DNA of 47,425 nt from Octopus sinensis. Lineage: Eukaryota. The stretch is taken from assembly GCF_006345805.1 (NCBI RefSeq), contig NW_021835444.1, positions 1-47,425 on the forward strand. The letters run 5' to 3'. Below the pieces are notes generated by a model. That model had not been told where the DNA came from and did no database searches. It saw only the letters and a program-made list of their open reading frames with translations. The position numbers were made by a program, and so were the translations under genes. Positions 25,562-39,391 of this stretch are shown here, piece by piece (within the stretch, counting starts at the first letter, position 1; every line of letters starts with the position of its first letter).

Positions 25562-25870
25562 ATAAATTCAGGGTAGCAAAAGAAATATAGACATTTTTTG
25601 CTACCAGTAATCTAGCGAGAAAAAAAATCTAGTCAATAGACTATATATTATTCATATAAACTATCTTGGCTTTCTTGCTTATGAGAGCTGCGCCCAGCAA
25701 CTTATTTTATTTGCTGAAGATAGCTTGAAACCATGGTACAGGAAATAGGTGGTAAATGTTTTCTATTTTTCATTCACTTTCGGAATTACTCCTAATAGTG
25801 GTTTGGAGTTTAACTACTCCCTCTAGCGGGTCAGATGTCCTATTATGGCCATCTCTTGTGTGTTTAAACG
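25562..25870 (+). mobile_element. Non-autonomous element: inverted module A + hammerhead + module B
   Basis: Same modules as 16998-17255 but A is flipped relative to B; flanked by (TA)n on both sides. Confidence 0.65.
25711..25749 (+). ncRNA. Minimal hammerhead motif (short helix II, palindromic helix III)
   Basis: TTG CTGAAGA TAGCTT GAA ACCATGGT A CAG. Intact CUGAAGA/GAAA core, self-complementary ACCATGGT helix III, GUA triplet and a short helix I (TTG/CAG, possibly extended by TATTT/AAATA). Confidence 0.55.
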
Positions 25871-25877
25871 TACACTG

Positions 25878-25930
<53 letters not shown>

Positions 25931-26946
25931 GATAGATAAATATATAGATAGATAGATAGATAGATAGATGAGAAAAATTAGGTAACAAAAATAGGTATTT
26001 ATATACCTATTCATTCATATACGCACACAAATATGTATGTATAATATATACATACACACACTCATATATATACACACACATGCATATGTATATATGTACA
26101 TGTACCTATCTATTATCTATATGTCTATCTATCTGTTCGTTTCTCTGTTTGTTTGTCTGTCTGTCTATGTGTGTATTTATGGATGTATTTATGGATGATA
26201 AGTAACCATCTTCTTGGATGTTACAGCAGATGTCTTACAGCTAAAAGATTTCCCATTGTGTTTTAGCTATGAAGAAGCTACATAACGTTGCACATTCACG
26301 TACGTCTCGGTCTACTGTTCCTTACAACCGAATCAACTGTAAAGCAACAACCGTGGTCACCAACTCCCAGTTATTTTCTAATTCACTTTTGAATTGATAT
26401 CGTGCTGTTCACAGGCGTAAGTGATTTGTTCAAGTTCAGGACATAACAACAGTAAAAAGTCTTCGACACTGAGCGTTAATAAAGCTGTGAATTATATGAA
26501 CAAGTAGACTGAATTTCGGCAACTGGTTATTACCACTGCTTTGGCATAGACGTATTACAATAAACGCACACACACACACACACACGTATATGTACATATA
26601 TAATCATTTTTGTATATATATATATTAGAAAAAAAAACACCTTTTATCAATTCAATGATGAAAAAATTAAATTATACCATTTAGAAAAATTACATATTAT
26701 AGAGAGATATATATACATTTTATTTATTATTTCGCACATTACTTAATCATTGTTATACGTTATATCTTATATCTAATCTTTCTATATGTAATTTTTCTAA
26801 ACGGTATAATTTAATTTTTCATTATTGAATTGATAAAAGGTGTTTTTTTTCTAATTTATATATATATATATTGTATTTTATGAAATTTCATTTAGTATTT
26901 CTAAATTGAATTTTTCCCTGTAAATTTGGAATTATATTCTCTCATA

Positions 26947-26995
<49 letters not shown>

Positions 26996-28025
26996 ATATA
27001 TATAGCAGTTACACACATCCACCTATATTTCCTCACACAACACATCACAACTGCACGCACAGTGAAATTTACAAATATATACTTAGCTCGACTCGAGACA
27101 CATATCAAATGAGAAAATCGAATACCTAAAGCTTTGACAGATTTCATACGCAAAACTTTAAACTAATGACCTTACTTGTTAAATGTTACTACTTTCCATT
27201 GTCTTATGAATATTTCACAGCCAGAGAATGAACATTTTCTCATAATACGTTTTACAAAATATATGCTTTCTAAATTCTTAACACGTCTCTCTATAACTTA
27301 TCTTCATTACTGAAGTATAAGGTCAATTTGAATTAAAGGGAGATAAAGCCGCTATGCAACTGCTCACACAGTGTTCAACGGCCATTGTTTTTACTGTAAG
27401 AATTGCCCTTGTCATGCGATATTTCAAGAAATTTCGAGGTTAATTCTAATTTATGGATATAGGAATAAGACAAAGACAATATAATAAATCAATTATGCTT
27501 GTAGCAAAACTAATCATTGATTTCTTCTGCTAGGAATAAGAATATTCAGAAATGTTACCAATAAACGCGATATATACATACATCTTTTTTTTTCAGCTGC
27601 TAAGTAGATAAATGTGTATGTACATATGTATGTAAGTATGTATGTATATATGTATGCATGTATGTATGTATGTATGTATGCATGTATGTATGTATGTATG
27701 TATGTATGTATGAATGTATGTATGTATGTATTTATGTATGTATGTATTTATGTATGTATATATGTGTGTGTGGGTGTATGCATGTATGTATGTATGAATG
27801 TATGTATGTATATATATATCTATATGTGTGTATATATATATATGTGTGTGTATATATATATGTATATATATATATATTCCTATGTATGTATATTATTTAA
27901 ACATATGTGTATTTATACGTATTTATTTATATGTGTATGCGTATATATATATACATATATATAAATATATAGATATATGTATGCAAAAATATATATACAT
28001 ATATATATGAATATATAGATATATG

Positions 28026-28058
<33 letters not shown>

Positions 28059-28549
28059 ATGTGTGTGTATGAGTGTGTAAACACACACATATATATATAT
28101 GTATGCGTGTATGTATGTATATTGTTATTTTTTTACATCCTTGCAACATCCTTGCAATTATTAGACATAGGCAAGCTATCGGTGTTTCAAGTTTAAAAAT
28201 CTCCAGCAAGGGAATCAATTCACACAATTATTTCTGTTCTATTAACCCTTTTCCTCTCCTTTGTTTCACCTTTCTTTCAATCACCAGAATAATCTAGGGA
28301 CTCGTGAAAGGAAAACTTTAAATTTCTGAGAACCTATGTTGCAAATGCTAATTGTAAGACGAAAAAGGAAAAAACTACGGAGGTTGACAAATGTATTAAA
28401 ATGCTTTGGACTGGAAGGGATTTAACACATTTTAACAGATTTCAAGGAAATACTGCAGGATTTCTTCTTGAGATTCTACGAATGTAGAGCGGTTATTTTA
28501 CCTGACATGTAACTCTTCAGGTTGCGGGGGATGTTTTGTAATAAAGCAT

Positions 28550-28690
28550 GCCATATTGAATTTTATCCAGTATTGACTTTTATTCTTTCGATGTCGATAA
28601 AATATGTATCAGCTGAGCAATGGAGTTTATGTAATCGACTTAACCTCCTCTCCCGAACTTGCTGGAATTCTACCACAATTTCAAGTCACT
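28550..28690 (+). mobile_element. SINE family 2, degenerate fragment
   Basis: TCTTTCGATGTCGATAAAATATGTATCAGCTGAGCAATGG...ATGTAATCGACTTAACC...TTGCTGG. Confidence 0.6.
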
Positions 28691-29013
28691 TGAATGATTA
28701 GCAGCTTGTTTTACGACTTTACATCTAACTCTCAAAAAACAGAGAAAAAAATCCGTTACGTCTTGGCAATTTCAGGAAAAATGAAAAACAATAATTTAGC
28801 AGTTATCGCCAAGCTAATATGGCAGTCCATAAAGATAGGACTAAAACTGCCGTTGTTTTTCTCCAAGAGGCCATCGCCTCTGCAACTGCCGTACTTTCCT
28901 TTAGAAAGATTAAGAAATAATAATATTTCTATTTTCAAAGATTTTACGTTTTTTTAAGGTTTTAAAAGTTTAAAATTTGAACTGTTGAACTTTTGAAAAA
29001 TATGAAATAAAAC

Positions 29014-29080
29014 CATACTGAGCTTCGTATATTGTACCTTAGTGTCACTTTGATGACATGCGCTGCTCTCTCACTCAATA
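29014..29080. mobile_element. Terminal fragment of the 12721-13243 element, abutting (AAT)n
   Basis: GCTTCGTAT...AGTGTCACTTTGATG.CATG..CTGCTCTCTCACTCAATAA is shared with 13185-13243. Confidence 0.85.
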
Positions 29081-29089
29081 ATCTCAATA

Positions 29090-29424
29090 AAATAATATAA
29101 TAATAATAATAATATAATAATAATAATAATAATAATATAATGATATGATAATAATAATAATAATGATGATGATGATAATAATAATATAATAATGATGATG
29201 GATAATAATAATAATATAATAATAATATTAATAATAATAATAATAATAATAATGATATGATAATAATATAATAATAATAATGATGATGATGATAATAATA
29301 ATAATAATATTAATAATAAAAAATAATGATGATGAGATGATAAAAGATAATAATAATAATAATAATAATAATATAATAATAATAAATATAATGAATATGA
29401 ATAATAATAATAATGATAATAATG

Positions 29425-29463
<39 letters not shown>

Positions 29464-29520
29464 TAATAATAATAATAATAATAATATAATAATAATAACA
29501 ACAGCCGCAACAACAACAAC
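29090..29520. repeat. Imperfect (AAT)n/(GAT)n microsatellite
   Basis: Directly visible. Confidence 0.95.
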
Positions 29521-30194
29521 AAATGGCGAATGTATTTATTACCATTATTAGACGCGTCTTTCACTTTCATGTTTTACGATCGCAAATGTGGAAAGTTTTT
29601 ACTGTGATGTCTCTCGTATTTCACGTTTCATGTTCCACCATTCATGTCTACGGTTCTTTCTGGGGTTTTTTTTTTCATTTTTGTGTTTTTTTACTATTCT
29701 TTTATTCTTAGTTCTTCACTGACACTCACTCTAAATAGAAATCGATGTACGCAAAAGACAAAGTTAATGTACCATTGTTTACATTTAATTGTCACTAATT
29801 AATTATCTACTGTCATAATTAATCAATTATAGTATTTGTTCTACTAGGAATCACAAGGCTGAACTTTCTAAACTAACATAATATCAATTACATGTTCTCG
29901 CCATTTATATAATGCACATATCTTTGTAAAACGGATTCGTTGATGAATTTCGTGATAAAAGGCACGTCCTAATAAAGCACAGATCTATGGGGTTCACACG
30001 TTTATGAGACGCACATTATTGTAGTATGTATTATATGTTAGTCTTTATATTTGATAGAAGCTATTGTCAGACATTGGTATTGTTGAAGTGACATACGCTG
30101 ATGGCATAGACGGTTTGTTATAATTAATAAATCGGTGAACGTTAATTGAACTTATAACATACAGAGATACTGCTGATGTCTGATATATATAAAA

Positions 30195-30241
<47 letters not shown>

Positions 30242-30663
30242 ATATATATATATATCAATTTATAATTTATGCAGATCACACACACACACAGTTATATAGA
30301 AACATATATAATAAAAATATAGAGCTAGACGAAGGAGAATCAAGCAGGGATATTCCAGACTAGAATTATGAGTGATTGCTTCAAGCAAATTAAAGAACGT
30401 GATATACAGGGTCGTCGATAAATTACGTTTACAATTAGAGAACTCGAGGAAAAAAAAATAAGGATATCACAGCAGGTTGCGTGCAATCAGTGGAGCCTAC
30501 AGGGAAATGTGCTGATGTTCCTAATAAAACTTTATTTCTTTGACTATGATTTCCATAAACTCTAATGAGTTATCCGATATATTTTCTGATGATTTTTTTT
30601 GAAATTCTAAAGGTAATTTATGGATATCATATATATACATACATACATATATATATATATTAT

Positions 30664-30694
<31 letters not shown>

Positions 30695-30751
30695 TATATA
30701 TATGCATATATATGGACGTATATATATATGTATATATATATATATATAATA

Positions 30752-30793
<42 letters not shown>

Positions 30794-31227
30794 CTGCGTT
30801 ATTTTATTGAACCTATGTTGGCCGTTCGTGAGGTGTCTATATGTTTATATATATATATATTTATGTATGTATATATGTATGTATGTATGTGTGATGTCTC
30901 TAGGGCTAAATTACAGCAACATTCGTCCTAAACCAGGACTGGCGTGTTATGTTGGCAAATAATCTTTACTCTAGAGTACTGTTGCCGAATATCTCTCGTC
31001 GAGAGATTTACAAATAGTAATTTTCTACAATATCTGGATAGTTAGTCTCAGTCACCATTAATCTGTGCATAAGCCTATCCTGGGACATAATTGCTTTTCC
31101 ATTGTGTGAGAGATTTTCTGGTACATCTATGTACCTTCTGAGTTCGATCTGAACCATGAATGTACAAAACCAGAAAATTATGGGCGTTCTGACTATTTTA
31201 TTAATTCTCACAAAAAAAAAAACGACT

Positions 31228-31620
31228 GGAGTGGCTGTGTGGTAAGTAGCTTGCTAACCAACCACATGGTTCCGGTTCAGTCCCACTGCGTGGCATCTTG
31301 GGCAAGTGTCTTCTGCTATAGCCCCGGGCGACCAATGCCTTGTGAGTGGATTTGGTAGACGGAAACTGAAAGAAGCCTGTCGTATATATGTATATATATA
31401 TGTGTTTGTTTGTGTGTCTGTGTTTGTTCCCCTAGCATTGCTTGACAACCGATGCTGGTGTGTTTACGTCCCCGTCACTTAGCGGTTCGGCAAAAAAGAG
31501 ACCGATAGAATAAGTACTGGGCTTACAAAGAATAAGTCCCGGGGTCGAGTTGCTCGATTAAAGGCGGTGCTCCAGCATGACCGCAGTCAAATGACTGAAA
31601 CAAGTAAACGAGATATAAGA
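31228..31620 (+). mobile_element. SINE family 1, full length
   Basis: Head to tail collinear with the other copies. Confidence 0.95.
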
Positions 31621-31634
31621 GAAAGAGAGACTAC

Positions 31635-31820
31635 TTCTAATTTTAGCCCCAGGCCCACAAATTTAAAAGAAGGAGACTAGTGAATGTCATTGACCACAGT
31701 ACTTAACAGCTACGCAATTTTATCGATCCCGTAAACCTTAAAATATAAATGAATTTGGCGTAGATAGGATTTGAAACCAGGTCCTAAAAAGCAGGAAGAA
31801 ATACCGCAGGGCATTTTTTT
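31635..31820 (-). mobile_element. SINE family 2-related degenerate copy
   Basis: The reverse complement contains GCGGTATTTCTTCC...GGGATCGATAAAATT...AGTACTGTGGTCAATG...GGCCTGGGGCTAAAATTAGAA. Confidence 0.55.
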
Positions 31821-31974
31821 CCCCTCGATAATTAGAAAACATTATCAATCGTATTAGTTCAGGCTTCGTTCATTTGAGTTTCTGATGAATTATGGTTTAA
31901 ATGGTTGAGGAAGCATTTACCAGTCCGTGGAAAATACGCTTGATTTACCGTTGCATTTTCTGTCTGTTATTCTC

Positions 31975-32222
31975 GCTCTCTCTCTCTCTCTCTCTTTTCT
32001 CTCTCTCTTTCTCTCTCTCTCTTTCTCTCTCGTTCTGTTTTCCTCTGTCTCTTTCTCTCTGTCTTTGTCTCTGTCTCTTTGTCTCCTTCCTTTTCTCTGT
32101 CTGTCTGTCTGTCTGTCTGTCTCTCATATAAAAATTTACCGGTAGAGAACAATAGCAACAACAGCGACAATAACAACGATGGTTCCAACAGCGATGACGA
32201 CAACAACAAAAACAACAAGCTA

Positions 32223-32296
<74 letters not shown>

Positions 32297-32408
32297 TAAT
32301 AATAATGATAATAATAATGATAATAATAATGATAATAATAATGATAATAATAATGATGATGATGATGAGGATGATGATGATGATGATAATAATAATGATA
32401 ATAATAAT

Positions 32409-32498
<90 letters not shown>

Positions 32499-32684
32499 TG
32501 ACAATACTACCACCATTAACAGCAAAATCATCATCGCACAAAACCAACAATCGTCTACTACTACTACTACTACTACTACTACTAATACTACTACTACTAC
32601 AACTACTACTACTACTACTACTACAACAATAACTACTACTACTACTAATACTACTAATACTACTATTACTACTACTAATACTAA

Positions 32685-32723
<39 letters not shown>

Positions 32724-32724
32724 A

Positions 32725-32769
<45 letters not shown>

Positions 32770-32800
32770 GCCACTGCTACTACTGCCACCACTACTGCTG
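31975..32800. repeat. (CT)n, (CTGT)n, (ACT)n, (AAT)n, (GAT)n compound microsatellites
   Basis: Directly visible; explains the poly-V/N/I ORFs. Confidence 0.95.
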
Positions 32801-33116
32801 CTGTAATGAGATGTCTGCTCAATGTACAGTCAATTCTAAGAAAAAAGAGAATAATTGTAAAATTGTAATAATGTGTATAGCATGAGAATGTGTAGGATGA
32901 AGCCATGAAAACGATGACCACGACGTATCACAACAGCAGATACGACGACAACAACAACAACAGCAACACGAACAACGCCCACTCAGTTCCACCAACAATG
33001 CAAACAGCGCTAGCATTTGCAGCAGCAGCAGCAGCAACGGCAGCAGTAGATGGGGATAATGAAAGAAACAATAGAAGAAAAAAGACAAACAGCATTATCA
33101 ATATCGACAATATAAG

Positions 33117-33217
33117 CGTAGGAGTGGCGGTGTGGTAAGTAGCTGGCTCACCATCCAGATGGTTCCGGGTTCAGTCCTACTGCGTGGTACCTTGGGCAAG
33201 TGTCTTCTACTATAGCC
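33117..33217 (+). mobile_element. SINE family 1 head fragment
   Basis: GGAGTGGCGGTGTGGTAAG...CCTTGGGCAAGTGTCTTCTACTATAGCC. Confidence 0.9.
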
Positions 33218-33434
33218 ACCGTCACCGCTGCCGCCATCATCACCGCCACCAGCACTATCAGCGTTACCACCACCATCGCCGCCGCTTCTAGAAGCTGATT
33301 TAGTAACACGTGAGCTAAAACTATAGCACATGCATAGACATTTGCAAACATACATTTAAGCGCATGCGTGTCTGTATCATACGGTGTTTTGTCTCTTATC
33401 AAGCATGAGAGTAGGGGTGGGCGGGGGGTTAATC

Positions 33435-33905
33435 ACAGCGTTCCTGGCTCAGACCCACTGTGTGGCACTTTGGGCATCTTTTCTACTATAGCTCCAGGCT
33501 GACCAAATCTTGTGAGTGAATTTGGTAGACTGAAATTGAAAGGAGGCCATCGCATAAATATACATGTGTGTGTGTGTGTGTGTGTCTGTGTGTCTTTTTG
33601 TGTGTGTGTGTCTGTGTGTCTTTTTGTGTGTGTGTTTCTGCGTATGTTTCTCTGTGTATATATATGTGTGTGTGTGTGTGTGTTGTGTGTGTGTGTGTGT
33701 GTGTGTGCGTGTGCGTGTGTTTGTCTCTCATCAGAGCTTAGTGAATTTAGGTTTTCTTAACTTAGCTGTTCGGTAACTTAGCTGTTGAGACCGATGGACT
33801 CAATAACTGGCCTGGAAGAAAAAAAATCCTGGGATCAATTTGTTCGACCAAAATCCTTCATAATGGTGCTCCAGCACCGCCGTTGTGTAACGACTGAAAC
33901 AAATT
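33435..33905 (+). mobile_element. SINE family 1, older degenerate copy
   Basis: CORE-like part, (GT)n middle and GGTGCTCCAGCA...GACTGAAACAA tail are all recognisable. Confidence 0.75.
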
Positions 33906-33918
33906 AGTGAGATACATA

Positions 33919-34118
33919 GGCGCAGGAGTGGCTGTGTGGTAAGTAGCCTGCTTACCAACCACATGGTTCCGGGTTCAGTCCCACTGCGTGTCACCTTGGG
34001 AAAGTGTCTTCTACTATAACCTCGGGCCGACCAAAGCCTTGTGAGTGGCTTTGGTAGACGGAAACTGAAAGAAGCCCGTCGTATATATGTATATATATAT
34101 ATATATTATATATATATA

Positions 34119-34161
<43 letters not shown>

Positions 34162-34354
34162 TGTGTGTGTCCCCTTGCATTGCTTGACAACCGATGCTGG
34201 TGTGTTTATGTCCCCGTCACTTAGCGGTTCGACAAGAGAGACCGATAGAATAAGTACTGGGCTTACAAAGAATAAGTCCCAGGGTCGAGTTGCTCGAGTA
34301 AAGGCGGTGTTCCAGCATGGCCGCAGTCAAATGACTGAAACAAGTAAAAGAGAG
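33919..34354 (+). mobile_element. SINE family 1, full length
   Basis: GGCGCAGGAGTGGCTGTGTGG head to AAGTAAAAGAGAG tail. Confidence 0.95.
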
Positions 34355-34539
34355 ATTAGACATACATGCATACTGACACAACGTGTAAGCGTGACAGTAA
34401 CACTATGCAAGACTTTTCTGGGGTTCCAAATGTGACATTGTTTTCGTTAGCTACATTCCAAAGATGAAGCTTCGCATCTTTACTGAAAACCAGCTTCTTC
34501 TTCCGAGGAAGGACCTAAGTAATTAAATACAGAAGAACA

Positions 34540-34660
34540 AATTCCACCGAGGTTGATTTTGCCCTTCAACCTTTCGGGGTCGATAAATCAAGTACCTGAT
34601 CTAATCGACTGATACCCTCCAACAAATGTTTCGGGAATTGTGCCTAGAATAGAAAAGAAT
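34540..34660 (+). mobile_element. SINE family 2 fragment
   Basis: AAATTCCACCGAGGTTGATTTTGCCCTTCAACCTTTCGGGGTCGATAAA. A further minus-strand fragment lies at about 35245-35293. Confidence 0.75.
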
Positions 34661-34772
34661 TAAATGCAAAAGAAACATACGTACATACGTTCATACATAG
34701 ATATTGTAAAAAAGGGGGTTATAATCCACAGTGAGTCCTTGGGAAGCACGTCTGCAAGCCCCAGCTATCGTA

Positions 34773-35172
34773 GGTGCAGGAGTGGCTGTGTGGTAAGTAG
34801 CGCTGCTAACCAACCACATGGTTCCAGGTTCATCCCAATGCGTGGCACCTTGGGCAAGTGTCTTCTGCTATAGCCCCGGCCGACCAATGCCTTGTGAGTG
34901 GATTTGGTAGACGGAAACTGAAAGAAGACCGTCGTATATATGTATATATATATGTGTGCGTGTATGTTTATGTGTCTGTGTTTGACCCCTAGCATTGCTT
35001 GACAACCGATGCTGGTGTGTTTACGTCCCCGTTACTTAGCGGTTTGGTAAAAGTACTAAGCTTACAAAAGAATAAGTCCCGGGGTCAAGTTGCTCGATTA
35101 AAGGCGGTGCTCCAGCATGGCCGCAGTCAAATGACTGAAACACGTAAAAGAGTAAAAGAAAGAGTAAAGAGT
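34773..35172 (+). mobile_element. SINE family 1, full length
   Basis: Collinear with the other copies; tail (AAAGAGT)n. Confidence 0.95.
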
Positions 35173-35299
35173 ATGCATGTTGAACGTTTGGGTGAATCAT
35201 ATATGCACAGTAAATATATTTGCAGATTAAAATATATATTGTGCAACTGGTTCTTATTTTATCGATCTCGAAAGGATGAAACGCAAAGTCGACAATTAT

Positions 35300-35870
35300 C
35301 GTCCTCTTCATCATCACCACCACAGACACCACCAAAACCACCACCGCCACCACCGCCACCACCACCACCACCACCATCACCACCACCACCACCACAACCA
35401 CCACCACCAACACCACCACCACCACCCTCACCAACACACCACCACAACCCACCACCACCAACACCACCACCACCACCACCACCACCACCACCCACCACCA
35501 CCACCACCACCACCACCACCAAAACCACCACCGCCACCACCACCACCACCAACACCACCACCACCACCATCACCACCACCACCACCACAACCACCACCAC
35601 CATCACCACCACCACCATCATCACACTACCACCACTACCACCACCACCAATACCAACAACAATATTACCACTATCACTTCATGATGATGATCATCATCGT
35701 CCTCGTCATTATTACCACCACAGACACCACCAATACCACCACCACCAGCACCACCAACACACCATCACGTCATGATCATGGTCCTCATCGTCCTCCTTAT
35801 CATCTTCCACCAGAGCTACCACCAATACCACCACCACCACCACCACCAACACCACCATCACAACATCATC
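35300..35870. repeat. (CCA)n microsatellite field with duplicated sub-blocks
   Basis: Directly visible; CACCACAGACACCACCAA occurs at about 35320 and 35715. Confidence 0.95.
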
Positions 35871-36662
35871 ATGATCGTCGACTTCGTCAACGAAAACTAC
35901 AATACTAAAAAAAAACAACAGCAATAATTATAACAATAACAAAGACACAGAAACATAAAACAAAGCATAACAACAGCAACAACGCTAACAATTACAACTG
36001 AAGCAAGATCAAGTTTATTAAAAGGAAAAAAAAAACACACACACAAACTAAAAAACAGAAGAAAAACCAAAGACGATAATTGCCGTTCATTGCCTTATAC
36101 TTTCACATTGGTGTAGATTAATTCTGATAATCACGTGGTCTTAATGGAATGAACGTCATACGTGAATGAGATTGTTGTCGCTGTTGTTGTTGTTGTTGTT
36201 TTTTTATGCCTGCTATTGTATTTGTTGTTGTTGCTGTTGAAGCTGTTGTTGTTGTTTTTGTTTTTGGTGGTGTTGTTGTGTTCTGTTGTATTGTTATTGT
36301 TACCAGTATCGGCATTCGATGTTATATATATTTTATATTGTATATATATATATATATTATATATATTATATATATATATATTATATATATATATATATAT
36401 ATATTATATATGTATATAACATACATATATATATATATATATATACCATACATATAACAATATATATATACACAGACATGAATATATATCAATAATATTT
36501 ATATATGTATATATAGATTTTATATTTTCGTATATATCATGTATGTAATATAAGTCTATGTACATATGCATGTATATGCGTGTATGTATGTATATTAATA
36601 TTCATATAAAAATACGCACACACACACACGCACAAATATATGTATATATATATAATATATAT

Positions 36663-36696
<34 letters not shown>

Positions 36697-36904
36697 CATA
36701 TACATAAACGTATGTATGTGTATACACGCATATAAATGTATACCATATAAAGGTTTCATATATTACATACACACACATCAATTTTTGTCCCATATTTTAT
36801 TTTGACCAATCTCACCACCGAAGCGCCCCTCCTCAACATCATATCTTATAACCTGCTGAGTCGGCTGTATATAATGAATTAGTGTTAATAGTTTGGTCTA
36901 TAAT

Positions 36905-36927
36905 CTATTTTTTAAAATCATTATTGC

Positions 36928-37012
<85 letters not shown>

Positions 37013-37100
37013 TCATCATCATCATCATCATATTAATATCATTATCATCATTATTATTATTATTATTATATTATTATTTATTCTATTATTATTATTATTA
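36905..37100. repeat. (ATT)n/(CAT)n microsatellite
   Basis: Directly visible. Confidence 0.95.
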
Positions 37101-37684
37101 TTGGAAAAAAAAATTCATTCCACGCATCATACTTCACTAGCTTTTTGTTTTTTAGTTTTTAAAATTAATACACATTTCTTTGTTTTTTTTTTTGTTTTTT
37201 TCCCTCTCTCTATTCTGAAAATCAAACGGCCATTAATTGTTATTAAGAGAAATTTCAATAGAATAGCTAACACCATCATCACAATGAACGGCAGCAACTA
37301 CAACAGCAGCAACAACAACATTAATGTAAACAACCCCAACAGCAACACCCCCCACCCCCACCACTAACCTCAGCAGCAACAACAACTACAACAATTACCC
37401 ACAACAATAAAATACTGAATAACAAATTATAATTAATGATTTTTATAACATAGGCGCGATGCTACAAATTATTGAGTTGTGCTTAGTGGTTGATGGGGTT
37501 ATAGACTAAAATATTGAAAATATCCACTACAATATTAGCGCTTTGTTTTATCGGCCTCCTGATAGACAGGTAAAAAGTAAAAAGTTGACGAAGACGTGAT
37601 GTTGGTTTTCCCAACATTAATGTACATACAAAGCTGTTATTTTCTCTGTGGTGTACAAATTCTGGAAATATATTCTTTAATTTT

Positions 37685-37839
37685 TTTTCCAGTTATTTGA
37701 CTGCGGCCATGGTGCGCACCGCCTTACGTGATTTTAGTAGAAAACAATTCGACCTCATGACTTATTTTTTTGTATGCCTAGTACTTATTTTATCGGCGGT
37801 AGGGTGGGGAACAAATACAGACATAAATATATATAATCA

Positions 37840-37870
<31 letters not shown>

Positions 37871-38045
37871 AATAACCCATAATATACGAGGGGTCTATGA
37901 AAAGTTTTGAGTCTCAAAAAACAAAAAACAAACAGCAAAACATGGTACAAGACTTCTGTTGAAGGTAGAAGACTTCAAGGCTCAAAGGCCTTGAAGAGTC
38001 AAATCTTTTCCTTCCTATATATATACATACATACATACATATATA

Positions 38046-38079
<34 letters not shown>

Positions 38080-38315
38080 CATATATATATACATACATAC
38101 ATACATACATACATACATACACATATAGACATATATATATACATATATATCTATATATATGACGGGCTTCTTTCACTTTCCGTCTACCAAAACCTTCTCA
38201 CAAGGCTTTGCTTGACCCTAGGCTATAGCAGAAGACACTTGCCCTAGGTGACATGCAGTGGTACCGAACCCGGAACCATATGGTTGGGAAGCAAGCAGCT
38301 TGCCACACAGCCACC
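37685..38315 (-). mobile_element. SINE family 1 split into two parts (37685-37830, 38161-38315)
   Basis: The tail and head halves are co-oriented and separated by microsatellite plus an unrelated insert. Confidence 0.8.
37885..38010 (+). mobile_element. Mariner-type terminal inverted repeat fragment
   Basis: TA followed by CGAGGGGTCTATGAAAAGTTTTGAG resembles mariner TIR starts (TA-CGAGGG....AAAAGT); no partner TIR was found. Confidence 0.5.
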
Positions 38316-39019
38316 TTTAACTAATTTAAGGGTTTTGTTTTCTTCGTATTCTGTACCACACACAGATCATTCCTTGTCCGATATATCTGTTGCTTGGTTG
38401 TAAAAATTTCTCTCGTTCCACATGCGTAGTTTCTGCAGAAAATAACCGTTTAACCTCTCAACGGCGGACGTAATCAGGTGATATTTTATTAGAGAACAGA
38501 TGATGTTTTCAATTTATGTTTTGGATATAGCTATCATCAAAAGAAACTGAATAATTTACGGTGCTTTTCGTTAATGAGATTGTAAATTTTATTGAGCGAG
38601 AGACAAAGAATTAATGTAGGTTTTGTACCAATTGAAAGTGAAAATAAGTATAAAGATAACTCTTTAGAGAAAAATAGATTTTCTTTGATTTTTGACCGTT
38701 CAGTTCCTTACATTTTGTTATCGCTCTTTAAGTGTTTGTAAGGAAAATTTGTTAACCCTACGTTTCTTCAAGAACTGACTTTGCTTTTTCTTGTCCTGTC
38801 AAATTTTCTCCATCTACTCTCTCTGGTCTTTCTTAAATCGTGTTGGCTTTGTTCACTTTTAAGGTTCCCTGAACTTTCACTGCTTCAATCATTTCTTCTT
38901 TACTTCCCTTGGAAAAAAAAAATGTATCATTTAGCTACCATAAACCGGAAGTTAAAATGAAACCGCCCGGAAGTTGTGAAATATTCAATATTTCAGAAAT
39001 TGTGAAGCTAATTCGTTTA

Positions 39020-39391
39020 TTCTTTTACTGATTTCTGTCATTTGACTGCGGTCAAGCTGGAGCACCATCTTTAGTCGAGCAAATCGACGCCAGGACTTAT
39101 TCTTTGTAAGTCTAGTACTTATTCTATCGGTTCCTTTTGCCGAGCAGCTAAGTTACGGGGACGTAAACACACCAGCATCTATCGTGAAGCGATGTCAAAC
39201 ACACATGCATATACCCACACATACATATCTATACATATATACAACGGGCTTCTTTCAGTTTCCGTCTACCAAATCCACTCACAAGGCTTTGGTCGGCTTG
39301 AGGCTATAGTAGAAGACACTTGCCCAAGATGCCACGCAGTGGGACTGAACCCGGAACCATGTGGTTGGTTACTTACCAGACAACCACTGCT
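39020..39391 (-). mobile_element. SINE family 1, near full length
   Basis: Collinear with the other copies. Confidence 0.92.

Noticed and set aside
30586-30615. CTGATGA-TTTTTTTT-GAAA hammerhead-like string
   Set aside because: No helix II, and helices I and III do not pair.
31008-31211. 67-aa minus-strand ORF with a candidate AG acceptor
   Set aside because: No recognisable domain or supporting neighbouring exons; length is within chance expectation.
34999-35908. 258-aa and 210-aa Pro/Thr/His-rich ORFs resembling extensin or mucin
   Set aside because: The first begins inside a SINE, and both run through (CCA)n, which is stop-free in all frames.
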